DNA of 52,929 nucleotides from a virus (Duplodnaviria; Heunggongvirae; Uroviricota; Caudoviricetes): IMG/VR virus record IMGVR_UViG_2850796239_000006; one strand, 5' to 3'. Shown piece by piece: positions 10,097 to 18,733 of this stretch (position 1 is its first letter; each line of letters starts with the position of its first letter). The notes under the pieces were generated by a model. It saw only the letters and a program-made list of their open reading frames with translations, ran no database searches and was not told where the DNA came from. The position numbers and the translations under genes were made by a program.

Positions 10097-10570
10097 TCAG
10101 AACAAACCTAAGCCGAAACCGTTTATTACAAAACAATAAATATCAGGGTTTAAAATCCAGCACCCCATTTTGAAATACTTTATATACTTCCGGCGAAGGG
10201 GGGCAGGTATATCAGCATTCTTTATCGCATTCATCGCTTCACGACATAAATCGAGGTCTCCACTTTCTCTTTTAACCTCCAGTAGAAGGCCATTCGGGGC
10301 CATATGCATTCTCAGTGTACACTCTTTTCCTGAATACTTACTCGCATCCCCGAACTGTTTTTCGATGGCGCTCTTGATTTGATGGGCATACAGACGGATA
10401 TCCTCACTAACATCAGAAGTACGTTCAGATGAACTCACATACTGTGTCTCTATTGCTTTATCGGAGTAATATGATGTACGGTCATGATAATTTGTCGATA
10501 CAGCATCAGTGCACCCGATAATAATCCCACTAATAATCAACGTAAGAATTGATGCGCTACGAAAACCCAT
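10097..10570 (-). CDS. Lipoprotein with TolA C-terminal (domain III)-like domain, paralog
   Basis: 157-aa ORF; lipobox IIGC; segment YAHQIKSAIEKQFGDASKYSGKECTLRMHMAPNGLLLEVKRESGDLDLCREAMNAIKNADIP closely matches my recollection of E. coli TolA residues about 330-400. Confidence 0.75.
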   Translation of the reverse strand: MGFRSASILTLIISGIIIGCTDAVSTNYHDRTSYYSDKAIETQYVSSSERTSDVSEDIRLYAHQIKSAIEKQFGDASKYSGKECTLRMHMAPNGLLLEVKRESGDLDLCREAMNAIKNADIPAPLRRKYIKYFKMGCWILNPDIYCFVINGFGLGLF

Positions 10571-10599
10571 TTTTCCTCACATATGTCATATAGTAAAGG

Positions 10600-10629
10600 A
10601 TTATATATACCGTTGTTTTGGACGCTCAA
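10600..10629 (-). promoter_or_regulatory. Putative sigma70 promoter for the second lipoprotein gene
   Basis: Minus strand TTGAGC, 18-bp spacer, TATAAT, about 25 nt upstream of the GAGGAAAA RBS and ATG at 10570. Confidence 0.3.
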
Positions 10630-11103
10630 ACAGCGAATCAGATCAAATAAAACGCACATTTGTTAACATTTACACAAAGTCTGCGTGGGATATTCTGAAA
10701 GAATATCCATAATGTGGAGAGAATCTATTGAAGTGCATGGTGCCGGGTGCCTCCCGGTGAATTCAGTACCAGCACCTGAATCCGCGATTATCCCATATAC
10801 CTACTCGCTGATTGCCCCTCCGCACAGGGGGATTCACCATGCCAGTTTCTTTTAACAAACTCCCCGCAAACCAGACAACAGTCAACCGCCTGAATTGTGA
10901 AGTATTTAAAAATTTCTCCCGCTAACTGATACCCGGCTAACAGTCTGGCGTTTTCTTTTTCAGCAACGGGAAAGCAACAACCACCACACCCGCCACCAGC
11001 ACACCGTCAGCCAGCACTGACATTATCCGGCTGCTGCAATGCCATTCACAAAAACAGTAAGCAATCACTTTTTACCGTAACAGGTGATAATCCAGATATG
11101 TAT

Positions 11104-11457
11104 CTACCCCAGATGAGTAATCCGAAGTTCATCCATACCACAGGTCCTGGCTATTCTGTTGTACTCCTGAACAAGAGCAAATAATTCTGAATTAGCAACC
11201 ATGAACTCATCGCAAACCCTCTGTATAGCATCACTATTCAGAATAATAACGTCTCTTCCCGAAAGACGATCAGGAGTACAGAACAAAACTGTCAAACGGC
11301 TGAAGGCCTTTGCTCGTGCTGCATTGACTATATCAATACGCTGCCTAAGGATGAAACACCCCGACGCCTCATCAATATTCACTCTACCCACACCATATGA
11401 ATGATAAATATTTAATGCTGAAAAAACCATTAGACCGTATAACAAATACTCAATCAA
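11104..11457 (-). CDS. Hypothetical protein (moron region between tRNAs and lipoproteins)
   Basis: 117-aa ORF with no family I recognise; co-directional with neighbours; start codon uncertain. Confidence 0.4.
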   Translation of the reverse strand: MIEYLLYGLMVFSALNIYHSYGVGRVNIDEASGCFILRQRIDIVNAARAKAFSRLTVLFCTPDRLSGRDVIILNSDAIQRVCDEFMVANSELFALVQEYNRIARTCGMDELRITHLG

Positions 11458-11567
11458 TACTTAACAGAACTTTTATTTTTGACAAACATATAATATTTTC
11501 AACAATATCCTGAGCCAGGTATATTTCAGTATAAGGCTCTGCCGGAAGGAATCTGGAAGAATGAATA

Positions 11568-11644
11568 TGGCGCGCTGTACTGGATTCGAACCAGTGACCG
11601 ATTGCTTAGAAGGCAATTGCTCTGTCCGGCTGAGCTAACAACGC
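11568..11644 (-). tRNA. Phage-encoded tRNA-Arg (anticodon UCU)
   Basis: 77-nt minus-strand sequence GCGTTGTTAGCTCAGCCGGACAGAGCAATTGCCTTCTAAGCAATCGGTCACTGGTTCGAATCCAGTACAGCGCGCCA; 7-bp acceptor stem, anticodon loop CTTCTAA, T-arm GGTTCGAATCC. Confidence 0.85.
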
Positions 11645-11745
11645 TGAATACCGATAATGGACCGCCATCGGGGACCCGCCCCCCGCACCAACAACCCTGT
11701 TATCGTGTCGTCTGCTCTTCCTGATAAGCTAATGCCGGTTTGTGA

Positions 11746-11821
11746 TGGTGGCCCTTGCTGGATTTGAACCAGCGACCTGGCGATTATGAGTCGCTCGCTC
11801 TCACCACTGAGCTAAAGGGCC
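11746..11821 (-). tRNA. Phage-encoded tRNA with CAU anticodon (tRNA-Ile2-like; would be called Met by anticodon)
   Basis: 76-nt minus-strand sequence GGCCCTTTAGCTCAGTGGTGAGAGCGAGCGACTCATAATCGCCAGGTCGCTGGTTCAAATCCAGCAAGGGCCACCA, similar to ileX-type tRNAs; same position as ileZ in Stx phages. Confidence 0.8.
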
Positions 11822-11860
11822 GGGAGCAGAATAATAACGGTCCGTAATTAATTCCGCAAT

Positions 11861-11885
11861 AAAAAACCCGCTCGGCGGCGGGTTG
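11861..11885 (-). terminator. Candidate tR' terminator downstream of the late promoter
   Basis: Minus-strand hairpin CCCGC-CGCCGA-GCGGG followed by TTTTTT, between Q and the tRNAs. Confidence 0.5.
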
Positions 11886-11931
11886 TAGAAACTCTTCTAA
11901 CGTCAGGCATAAAAAGCCCATCGTTATGACG

Positions 11932-11959
11932 AATTTACCACAGATTCCGGAAAAATCAA
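11932..11959 (-). promoter_or_regulatory. Candidate Q-dependent late promoter (PR'-like)
   Basis: Minus strand TTGATT, 16-bp spacer, TAAATT immediately downstream of the Q stop codon. Confidence 0.35.
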
Positions 11960-11964
11960 CCTTG

Positions 11965-12786
11965 TTACCTAGTTACCTTTTTTAACTGCCGCTCAGCCCA
12001 TGCTTCTTCAATATCAAACCGGGTCACCAGCGCATCATAGAATTTCTTAACTGTTTTTTCCCATGACGCGCGTGTTATCTGGTTTGTCACCTCGCATATA
12101 GCATTAAATACCTCCGTTGATGGTAGTCTTTCATAGCCACGACCACCACAACGCTGGCAGTCTCTGATAACAGGCATACCACGTTTTACCGACTCTTCAC
12201 GGTGAATGGCGACACCACGCCCACGGCAATCCTTACAGGCGGTGGAAACCTCACCCTTTCCGCCACACTCCGGACAGGCAACTTTTACCACCTCCCTGAC
12301 TTTTTTCCATTCTTCCCAGTAAGACGGATACACACCTTTCGTACACTTTGCCCATACCGGCGGCTTACCATCCGGATACTGGACCTTGTTTGTAAAAACT
12401 ACGCTTTCAATAAATTTTTCCCCATAGCAACAAGGGCACTGCTTTTTACTCGCTGCGCTGCGGGCATAATCCTCAAAAGCGTACGAAGCCATAATGCGCA
12501 TCACTACCGGTTTTATTTCTGCCGGAAGTTTTCTCAACGCCGCCACACGATCGCACCGACTGAGTGCATAATCTGCCAGTAATTCTGTTGCCCGCGCCCT
12601 GTCATTCATACTGATGCCCATTTTCCCCAGGAACGCAGAAAACCCCATCTCAGCCCGATTCTGTGTCATGCCCTGCGCGGCCATCACATCAGTGATACTC
12701 AGCGCATCTTTTGACGTTGAGGCCGATGCATCGGTCAGGCCAGGGGATTTTGGGGAGTAGTATTTCGGTAAATCTTCCAGTTTCAT
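11965..12786 (-). CDS. Late-gene antitermination protein Q (zinc-ribbon type)
   Basis: 273-aa ORF with repeated CxxC motifs (CPCC, CPECGGKG, CKDCRGRG, CQRCGGRG); sits between rusA and the late promoter/tRNAs. Confidence 0.7.
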   Translation of the reverse strand: MKLEDLPKYYSPKSPGLTDASASTSKDALSITDVMAAQGMTQNRAEMGFSAFLGKMGISMNDRARATELLADYALSRCDRVAALRKLPAEIKPVVMRIMASYAFEDYARSAASKKQCPCCYGEKFIESVVFTNKVQYPDGKPPVWAKCTKGVYPSYWEEWKKVREVVKVACPECGGKGEVSTACKDCRGRGVAIHREESVKRGMPVIRDCQRCGGRGYERLPSTEVFNAICEVTNQITRASWEKTVKKFYDALVTRFDIEEAWAERQLKKVTR

Positions 12787-13157
12787 TTTTTGACCTGCTC
12801 TTCATGCATTATGGGGTAAATCTTCACCCCCATACGTCCACCAGATACTGGCTGACCACGAACGATATTGATTTCATCAAACTGCTCATCGTCCATTAAC
12901 ACTCCCGCATGCGTCAGCGCATCCAGCGGTGCTTTCAGGATATTGTCCAGGTCGCGACGACGCTTATCCGGTGGCTCTGCAATCACCTTTATCGCCAGCC
13001 TTCCGGACAGGCTTAATTTCAGCCGCTGCTGGCGAACAATAAGCGCCACAGCCCGGCGATAACGCTTTCCCTCCTCCGAGATAAAATATGTGCTGCCACG
13101 GCGTCGCCAGTAAGTGTTCACCGTCGGCGGGTAAGGTAAAACCAAATCTATGAGCAT
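12783..13157 (-). CDS. rusA: Holliday junction resolvase RusA
   Basis: 124-aa ORF MLIDLVLPYPPTVNTYWRRRG... with characteristic RusA N-terminus and acidic catalytic residues. Confidence 0.85.
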   Translation of the reverse strand: MLIDLVLPYPPTVNTYWRRRGSTYFISEEGKRYRRAVALIVRQQRLKLSLSGRLAIKVIAEPPDKRRRDLDNILKAPLDALTHAGVLMDDEQFDEINIVRGQPVSGGRMGVKIYPIMHEEQVKK

Positions 13158-13169
13158 CAGTCACCTCTT

Positions 13170-14219
13170 TTACCCAAGCACGCCAGTTGCAAAGGCGTGA
13201 TCAAGAAAACGAAAAATTAAATCAACCTGAGAACCATGCTTTTCTTCGAACGCCAGCGGATCCGCATGAAGCTCGTTGTGATGCTCCCGACACAGCGGTA
13301 GCGTGAAAATATCGTGAGATTTTGTCCCCATTCCGCCCTGACCATGACCAATCAGGTGATGGGGATCGTCGGCTGGCTTACCACAACACGCACACGGCTG
13401 TGTCTTCACCCAGCGTGTGTATTTCTCGTTAACCCAGCGGCGACGTTTAGGTCGTTTCATGAAAGATTCCGGAGACTCAGGATCAACGGCAATGCTGACC
13501 ACCGTCTTTTCCTGTGGTGGGTTCTGTTGCTGGTGGGCGTGAGGCAGCGGCGCAAGATTTTTTGTGCGCTGTTTCAGTATGCTGGTGGCGGTCTGCTCTC
13601 CCGGTACGATGTCGCTTTCACGGTACATTGAGCGGATTTTTTCCGCACGCAACCCCAGCGAACGACGTAATACCGCTTCCGGTAGCGCGTCCGCCACCTG
13701 ATTGCGGACCGCCCACCAGGATAATTCAGCCAGAGATAATTCACGCTCCTGCGTACCGCTTATTGCGTGACCGATGACGTCAATCATCCATGCTGACAGG
13801 TTTTGATGAGCAAGTTGCTCGAGTGATTCGGATGTCTGGTCACGCAGCTGGTTGTCGCAGTGCCAGCACAACACCATTGCGCCGGTACCATAACGGTGAA
13901 TGACGGTTTCGCTGTGATGATAATCGCCGTGTGGCCACTGGCAGGATTTAATATGGCGCAACAGCCAGTCAGACAATGCACCAGCACCACCAGCAGCACG
14001 AATCACCCGTGCGTTACTGAAAAACGGCAGCAATGTTTTGTCTTCCACCAGCGGCTGGCGAGCGGCAGGAACGACCCCGGACGGCAGATTACGCATGCTT
14101 TTCGGTTCCGGCTCCACCAGTAACCGGGTATTGTGGAATACCGGCATGGATTCACGACCGGGCTTAAGGACCACCAGCCCGAGTTCCGGAACCAGAACAG
14201 GTCGAAGTAATACCCGCAC
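13170..14219 (-). CDS. DUF968-like phage protein with C-terminal HNH-like Cys/His motif (nin region)
   Basis: 349-aa ORF; C-terminal CACCGKPADDPHHLIGHG...CREHHNELH; true start may be an internal Met. Confidence 0.55.
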   Translation of the reverse strand: MRVLLRPVLVPELGLVVLKPGRESMPVFHNTRLLVEPEPKSMRNLPSGVVPAARQPLVEDKTLLPFFSNARVIRAAGGAGALSDWLLRHIKSCQWPHGDYHHSETVIHRYGTGAMVLCWHCDNQLRDQTSESLEQLAHQNLSAWMIDVIGHAISGTQERELSLAELSWWAVRNQVADALPEAVLRRSLGLRAEKIRSMYRESDIVPGEQTATSILKQRTKNLAPLPHAHQQQNPPQEKTVVSIAVDPESPESFMKRPKRRRWVNEKYTRWVKTQPCACCGKPADDPHHLIGHGQGGMGTKSHDIFTLPLCREHHNELHADPLAFEEKHGSQVDLIFRFLDHAFATGVLG

Positions 14220-14220
14220 G

Positions 14221-14610
14221 TTACCTCCAGATCCGTTGCTGGAATGTGCGGGACGGACGCGGTGGCTGTTCGGAGTAAGGGAGCCTGACGGAGATTATCC
14301 AGTGACGGTAGTCGAGGCTAAGGGCTTTTTTAACCTCGCATCCGCGCCTGCGGTAACACTGAATTATCCATTCAGCCTGCTCTTCAGTGCATGGTGGATG
14401 CTGGAACCAGTCCGATTTGAATGCATGAAAACGCCGTCCGCACCTGCTGGCAAAGACGGCAGAATCATCAGAATTGTGTAATTTGGTATCGTGCGCCATC
14501 GGTTGTCTCTGCTGGCGCAGCAGGTGCCAGTTGTTCAGGCTGGCGTATAAAGTATAAATAAACTGGTTCCAGTGTAAAGCCCCTACATTAATGGAATAAA
14601 AGTCAAACAA
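14221..14610 (-). CDS. Hypothetical nin-region protein
   Basis: 129-aa ORF; likely start at internal MAHDTKLHN; no family assigned. Confidence 0.4.
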   Translation of the reverse strand: MFDFYSINVGALHWNQFIYTLYASLNNWHLLRQQRQPMAHDTKLHNSDDSAVFASRCGRRFHAFKSDWFQHPPCTEEQAEWIIQCYRRRGCEVKKALSLDYRHWIISVRLPYSEQPPRPSRTFQQRIWR

Positions 14611-14865
14611 CAGATTGTTGGGATAAACACAACGCTTATTATTAAAAGCGATTAGATAAATTAAATTTTAATGTTATGCAATTTTACCAGATCACCATAA
14701 CATCTCGTTTGAAACCACCGAAACAACAACCATATCAATATTGATTATGTTAAAGTGAGTAAATATGGAAAACAACAAATCTGCACATTACGCTCCTTTT
14801 TTATCTGTGATACTTTTTGTTTTATGCTGTGTGTGGGCATTATTTTTATAAAAATATTTACAGAT

Positions 14866-14889
14866 AAAATAAACCCGCCGAAGCGGGTT
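14866..14889 (-). terminator. Hairpin terminator at the 3' end of the hok-like gene
   Basis: Minus-strand AACCCGC-TTCG-GCGGGTT followed by TATTTTAT. Confidence 0.45.
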
Positions 14890-14957
14890 AAGTGCGGGTG
14901 CATTGAGGATGCCTGACACATCAGAGGTGGCGAGGGATTTCTCCCTCGCCGGGTCTC

Positions 14958-15113
14958 TTACTCCTCAGGTTCGTAAACTGTGAAGACAGCGACCTCCGTC
15001 TGGCCGGTTCGGATTCGTACCTCGCAGAGGTCTTTCCTCGTTACCAGTGCCGTCACTATGACGGTTAAACAGATGACGATCAGGGCGATTAACATCGCCT
15101 TTTGCTGCTTCAT
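14958..15113 (-). CDS. hokD: Hok/Gef-family type I toxin (HokD/RelF-like)
   Basis: 51-aa product MKQQKAMLIALIVICLTVIVTALVTRKDLCEVRIRTGQTEVAVFTVYEPEE, hallmark Hok family sequence; absent from the ORF track because it is under 60 aa. Confidence 0.8.
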   Translation of the reverse strand: MKQQKAMLIALIVICLTVIVTALVTRKDLCEVRIRTGQTEVAVFTVYEPEE

Positions 15114-15370
15114 AGCCTGCTTCTCCTTGACCTTTCGGTCCGTAAGAGGCTAATCTCTATGTGTCGCATAGATATGGCCTCAGATTAATGTTAAACGTCT
15201 TGCAGGACGCGTAATGTTACCTGGGGCTTTTCTCTATCTGCCGTTGGTGTTCATGCCCGAGGCAGATAGCCTCAAGCACCCGCAGTCATTCTACTTAACT
15301 AAGATTTCCCCGCAAACCGTTTTTGTCCAGCACAATAAATATCCAACTAAACCAATGGAGTTCGCTGTAT

Positions 15371-15550
15371 TTACCGCCAGTATTCAATGCACATGACCGC
15401 CATGAACACCCCTAAAAAAAGGGCATTTATATATCCAAATATTAATATCAAAACATCAACTTTTTCCATATACCTTGCTGTGAAGATGATGGGCATACAT
15501 GATACGAACAACCAGAACGCAACAAACAAAAACTGCAATGCGTTTTTCAT
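15371..15550 (-). CDS. Putative small membrane protein
   Basis: 59-aa hydrophobic product MKNALQFLFVAFWLFVSCMPIIF... from the internal Met of ORF 15371..15589; AT-rich region, weak support. Confidence 0.3.
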   Translation of the reverse strand: MKNALQFLFVAFWLFVSCMPIIFTARYMEKVDVLILIFGYINALFLGVFMAVMCIEYWR

Positions 15551-16460
15551 TATTCCTCCTACAATCAATGTGCAATTACATTTAAACACACCTCAATTTG
15601 GCCGGACATATAAATATCTAAACTAGAAAAAATCACTTACATAGCGTTACAAACTCTTTAGTCTAAAGGTTCATCGTAAAACATTCCCCATACTTATCAG
15701 TCCGTTCCGCGCCAGGTAGCTTATTGCCTTATCTGGCAACCTATAATCAGGTTTCCGCTTTTTCAGTTGGCTGGTCGTTTAACCGACATAGTTAACCCAT
15801 TAATCTAGTTGCCGGATGTTGGTGGATTTTCGCGTTTTAGTTGTTCATAAAAGTGCACAGCTTTAACCAGTTCTTCTGATGTAACCAGGGCTGGTGAGGC
15901 AGTGAATAAGGCCTGAATTTGATAGTTCGGCCTGTCGTTACAATCCTCTTTTTTCGGTACATATTTCCAGTCAACAGACCACTACTTCTCCTGAAAGTCC
16001 GTAACGCCTTTTTTCACGTAGCGATATCGCCATGCCACTGGTTTTGCTTGCCCCGCCGTTTCATACCCTTCCTGATAATTAATCTCGCTCATTCATCGCC
16101 CCACTCATCACAATATGCTTCGACCGGATTTTTTCCTGCTTCATAATCATCACGCCATGCTTCAGCATCAGCAGCACTGCCACCACGTAACTCTGCATAG
16201 TCCATTAACAGTTCATGCCATTTTTCAAAACTGACGTTGTATTTAGTTGAACCAAAATCAGCCATTTTGCTCTTCCTCTTCGTCTTTTATTTCGTGATAT
16301 GAGTAATTGCAGTAGTTAAAGAAAATATCTTTTGCTTCGTCATGTATTTCATCAGGCGTCGCATCAGCATCCACTTCGAATTCATCCTCGAAATCTCCAC
16401 CAGCCATTCCCGTTTCAATAATTATTTTGAACTTTCGCATTTCACTACCGCCCTTTCGGG

Positions 16461-17760
16461 CTGAGGGATCCCCACAAAATTACTGCTAATAAACCAGCAC
16501 CATATTTCGGTAGGTTCTGGACAGATGGTTTAGAACTGTGCTCAGTACTGTTCGTCTTAAAATAAGTGGCGAGTGTCGAAGAACATTCTTCGCTAACGTC
16601 AGATATGAGATAACCCGCCGGGATTTAATGCTGTTAGCCTGATATTTCAGGTGTAACCCTTTATTTTCAGCGTGATAACCGAGTAACCACATTACGATAG
16701 TGCTCAACGTTGCCAGCAGACTCAGAACCAGAATTCTTCCTGTTGAACGACTTTTGCTGGCCCGAAGACCAAATCCGAAGCGCCCGTTCTTTTCATCACG
16801 AAAGTTTTGCTCAATCTGCATTCGCCGACTGTATAACTTGATGATTTCTCGCGCTCTGAAGTCATTTGTACTGCTGAAGATCAACCAGGCTTCTTTTGCT
16901 GATTTGCTCTGTTCTTTGTCTGTTTTGTTTAAACCACTCTGACCTTTCGAACGTTTCTTTTTTCGCCCTTTTGCCGATTTCTTATAGGTGTAAAAATGCC
17001 CCCGGATGCTTTTTTTCCTTTCTTTAACCAGCCTTCCAGCCCCCATATATTCCGGTGTTTTACATTCAGGGCTATCCGACACTTTTAACCATCTTTCAGG
17101 CGCGTTATCGAGGCAATACTGAACGTTATTTCTGATCCGACCAATAAAATCCCAGCCCAGAGAAGTAATATGGTGAAACCATGCGCTCTGAAATCCAGCA
17201 TCCGTGACAATAATAACCCTGGCATCGGGGGCAGGGATTGAGCAAGGGAATCAAGGAAATCATGTTGTATCAATGGATTATTTTGTTTTTCAGAAGGAAC
17301 AACCTTACTCAATAACGGAATGGAACGCCCGTCACACAGAAGGCTGGCACGAAGAACATGATGCTCCTGGGAGGGATAGCCACTCCAGTCTACGGCTATT
17401 ACACATAAAGATAACTGCCGTGTCAGCATTGAAGTGATATTCCTGAAAATCATTGGAATATCGCGATGGAGCGCCTCATTACCCATGAGGCGATCAATAC
17501 GTTTGATCTTATTCTTAACTTGTGCATTACCCGGCAAAAAACGTCCGATACTGGTCAGCGTCAGAGATGCTCCGTTGATTAACGCCACTGTGGCATCCAT
17601 CAGGGCATTTTGTCGGTACTGATGAAATGGTGCTAAGGCATCCCGGAAGAAATTCTGACATACTTTATGAACAGGCATAGCAGTGATCTCATTGAATTGT
17701 TGGCACAAATCAGTAGATCACATAATGCTATGTCTGTCTCGTTTTCTGGGGATTCCTCAG
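16461..17760 (-). mobile_element. IS10-like (IS4 family) insertion sequence, copy A (1300 bp)
   Basis: Ends CTGAGGGATCCCC / CTGAGGAATCCCC resemble IS10 termini; perfect 9-bp target duplication CCTTTCGGG at 16452-16460 and 17761-17769. Confidence 0.85.
16486..17708 (-). pseudogene. IS10-like transposase, frameshifted as sequenced
   Basis: Two ORFs (17085..17708 N-part, 16486..17082 C-part) that together equal the intact 407-aa copy B protein; shift lies at a G5 run 17227-17231, where copy B has C6 at 19263-19268. Confidence 0.8.
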
Positions 17761-18256
17761 CCTTTCGGGTGGCCTCCTGCTGTTCTGAGGGTGCAGAAAT
17801 CCCTCCGGTTAAGGATTAAATTTTTAACAGTGCTAAATTTAATTATTCAGTTTTGGATTTTGTCACCCTGCGTATCCGCGCTTTCCCGTTACGCTCAATC
17901 TGAATTAGCTTTTCTATATTTTTTCGCCTTTCCCGTTCCTCCTGGCGCAAGAGCCTTACATCATCTGCCAGTCTGGTTTCTCTTTTCGCCACAGAGAGCA
18001 TCCAGTCAAATGGCTCCACAACTGCACCGCAGATTTTACAGCGGACCTGACGCTCTTTTTCGTCAACCCGGACAGAAGCGTGATGGCAATATGGTCTTTC
18101 CGATGGCTCATAAAGAAAATTAACCTGATTACGAGGGTCATCCTCTTTTATCGGAAATAAAACGATATTGCTTAACTAATCCTCTGGTTTTATTTCCATG
18201 CTCCTCTCCTTTGATGCGAATGCCAGCGGCAATTGAAGCCTGATAGCTAATTTCAC

Positions 18257-18679
18257 TCACAGTACCGCCTCCTGAAAATTACCCTGATAGAAAGCCAGTA
18301 CACGCTGCATAGCTTCGCTCTTCCGGCACTCGCGACAGATTATATTCAGGCGCCTGTCGTAGCGGCGTATTTCTCCGTCTGGTAATGACCAGATTAGGTC
18401 CGGATCAACCGCAGATGGTTTCTTCGGCTTTGCCCTTGAGAGCTTTTTACGGGCATTTTGCCAGTCCTTACGCGCCTGTTCAGACGGGAATAACCCGTAA
18501 CCAGAGTTGTATACATCGCCACTGGCAACCAGCTCTCTGGCCAGAACGCTCATCAGATATCTTGTTGCCCCAGTTTTAGTTTCCAGTTGTCGTAACGTCT
18601 CGCGCCCTCTCTGGCGTACGAGTTCAACAACCTGCCCTTTAATTTTTTCCCGCTCTTCTTGTGTAAAAACTTTTGCCAC
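18257..18679 (-). CDS. Hypothetical protein downstream of the O-like gene
   Basis: 140-aa basic ORF with GTG start after an AGGAGGG RBS; lies between the two IS10-like copies. Confidence 0.45.
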   Translation of the reverse strand: MAKVFTQEEREKIKGQVVELVRQRGRETLRQLETKTGATRYLMSVLARELVASGDVYNSGYGLFPSEQARKDWQNARKKLSRAKPKKPSAVDPDLIWSLPDGEIRRYDRRLNIICRECRKSEAMQRVLAFYQGNFQEAVL

Positions 18680-18733
18680 AAGCCCTCCTGAAAATTACCT
18701 CATGACCAGAAATTAACACTTACCCCCTGAAGC

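Noticed and set aside
10748-10832. 28-aa hydrophobic minus-strand ORF in the intergenic region between the lipoprotein and 117-aa genes
   Set aside because: Too short and lacking a convincing RBS to call without conservation data.
9346-11567. Shiga toxin genes in the Q-tRNA-holin moron slot
   Set aside because: The slot holds an unknown ORF and two lipoprotein genes; nothing resembles stxA or stxB.
11645-11745. Possible third tRNA between the two phage tRNAs
   Set aside because: No T-arm or acceptor-stem pattern found in the 100-bp spacer.
17838-18123. Minus-strand zinc-ribbon-like reading frame (...CHHASVRVDEKERQVRCKICGAVVEPFDWM...)
   Set aside because: No in-frame start codon after an upstream TAG, so it cannot be called a gene as sequenced; may be a decayed gene.
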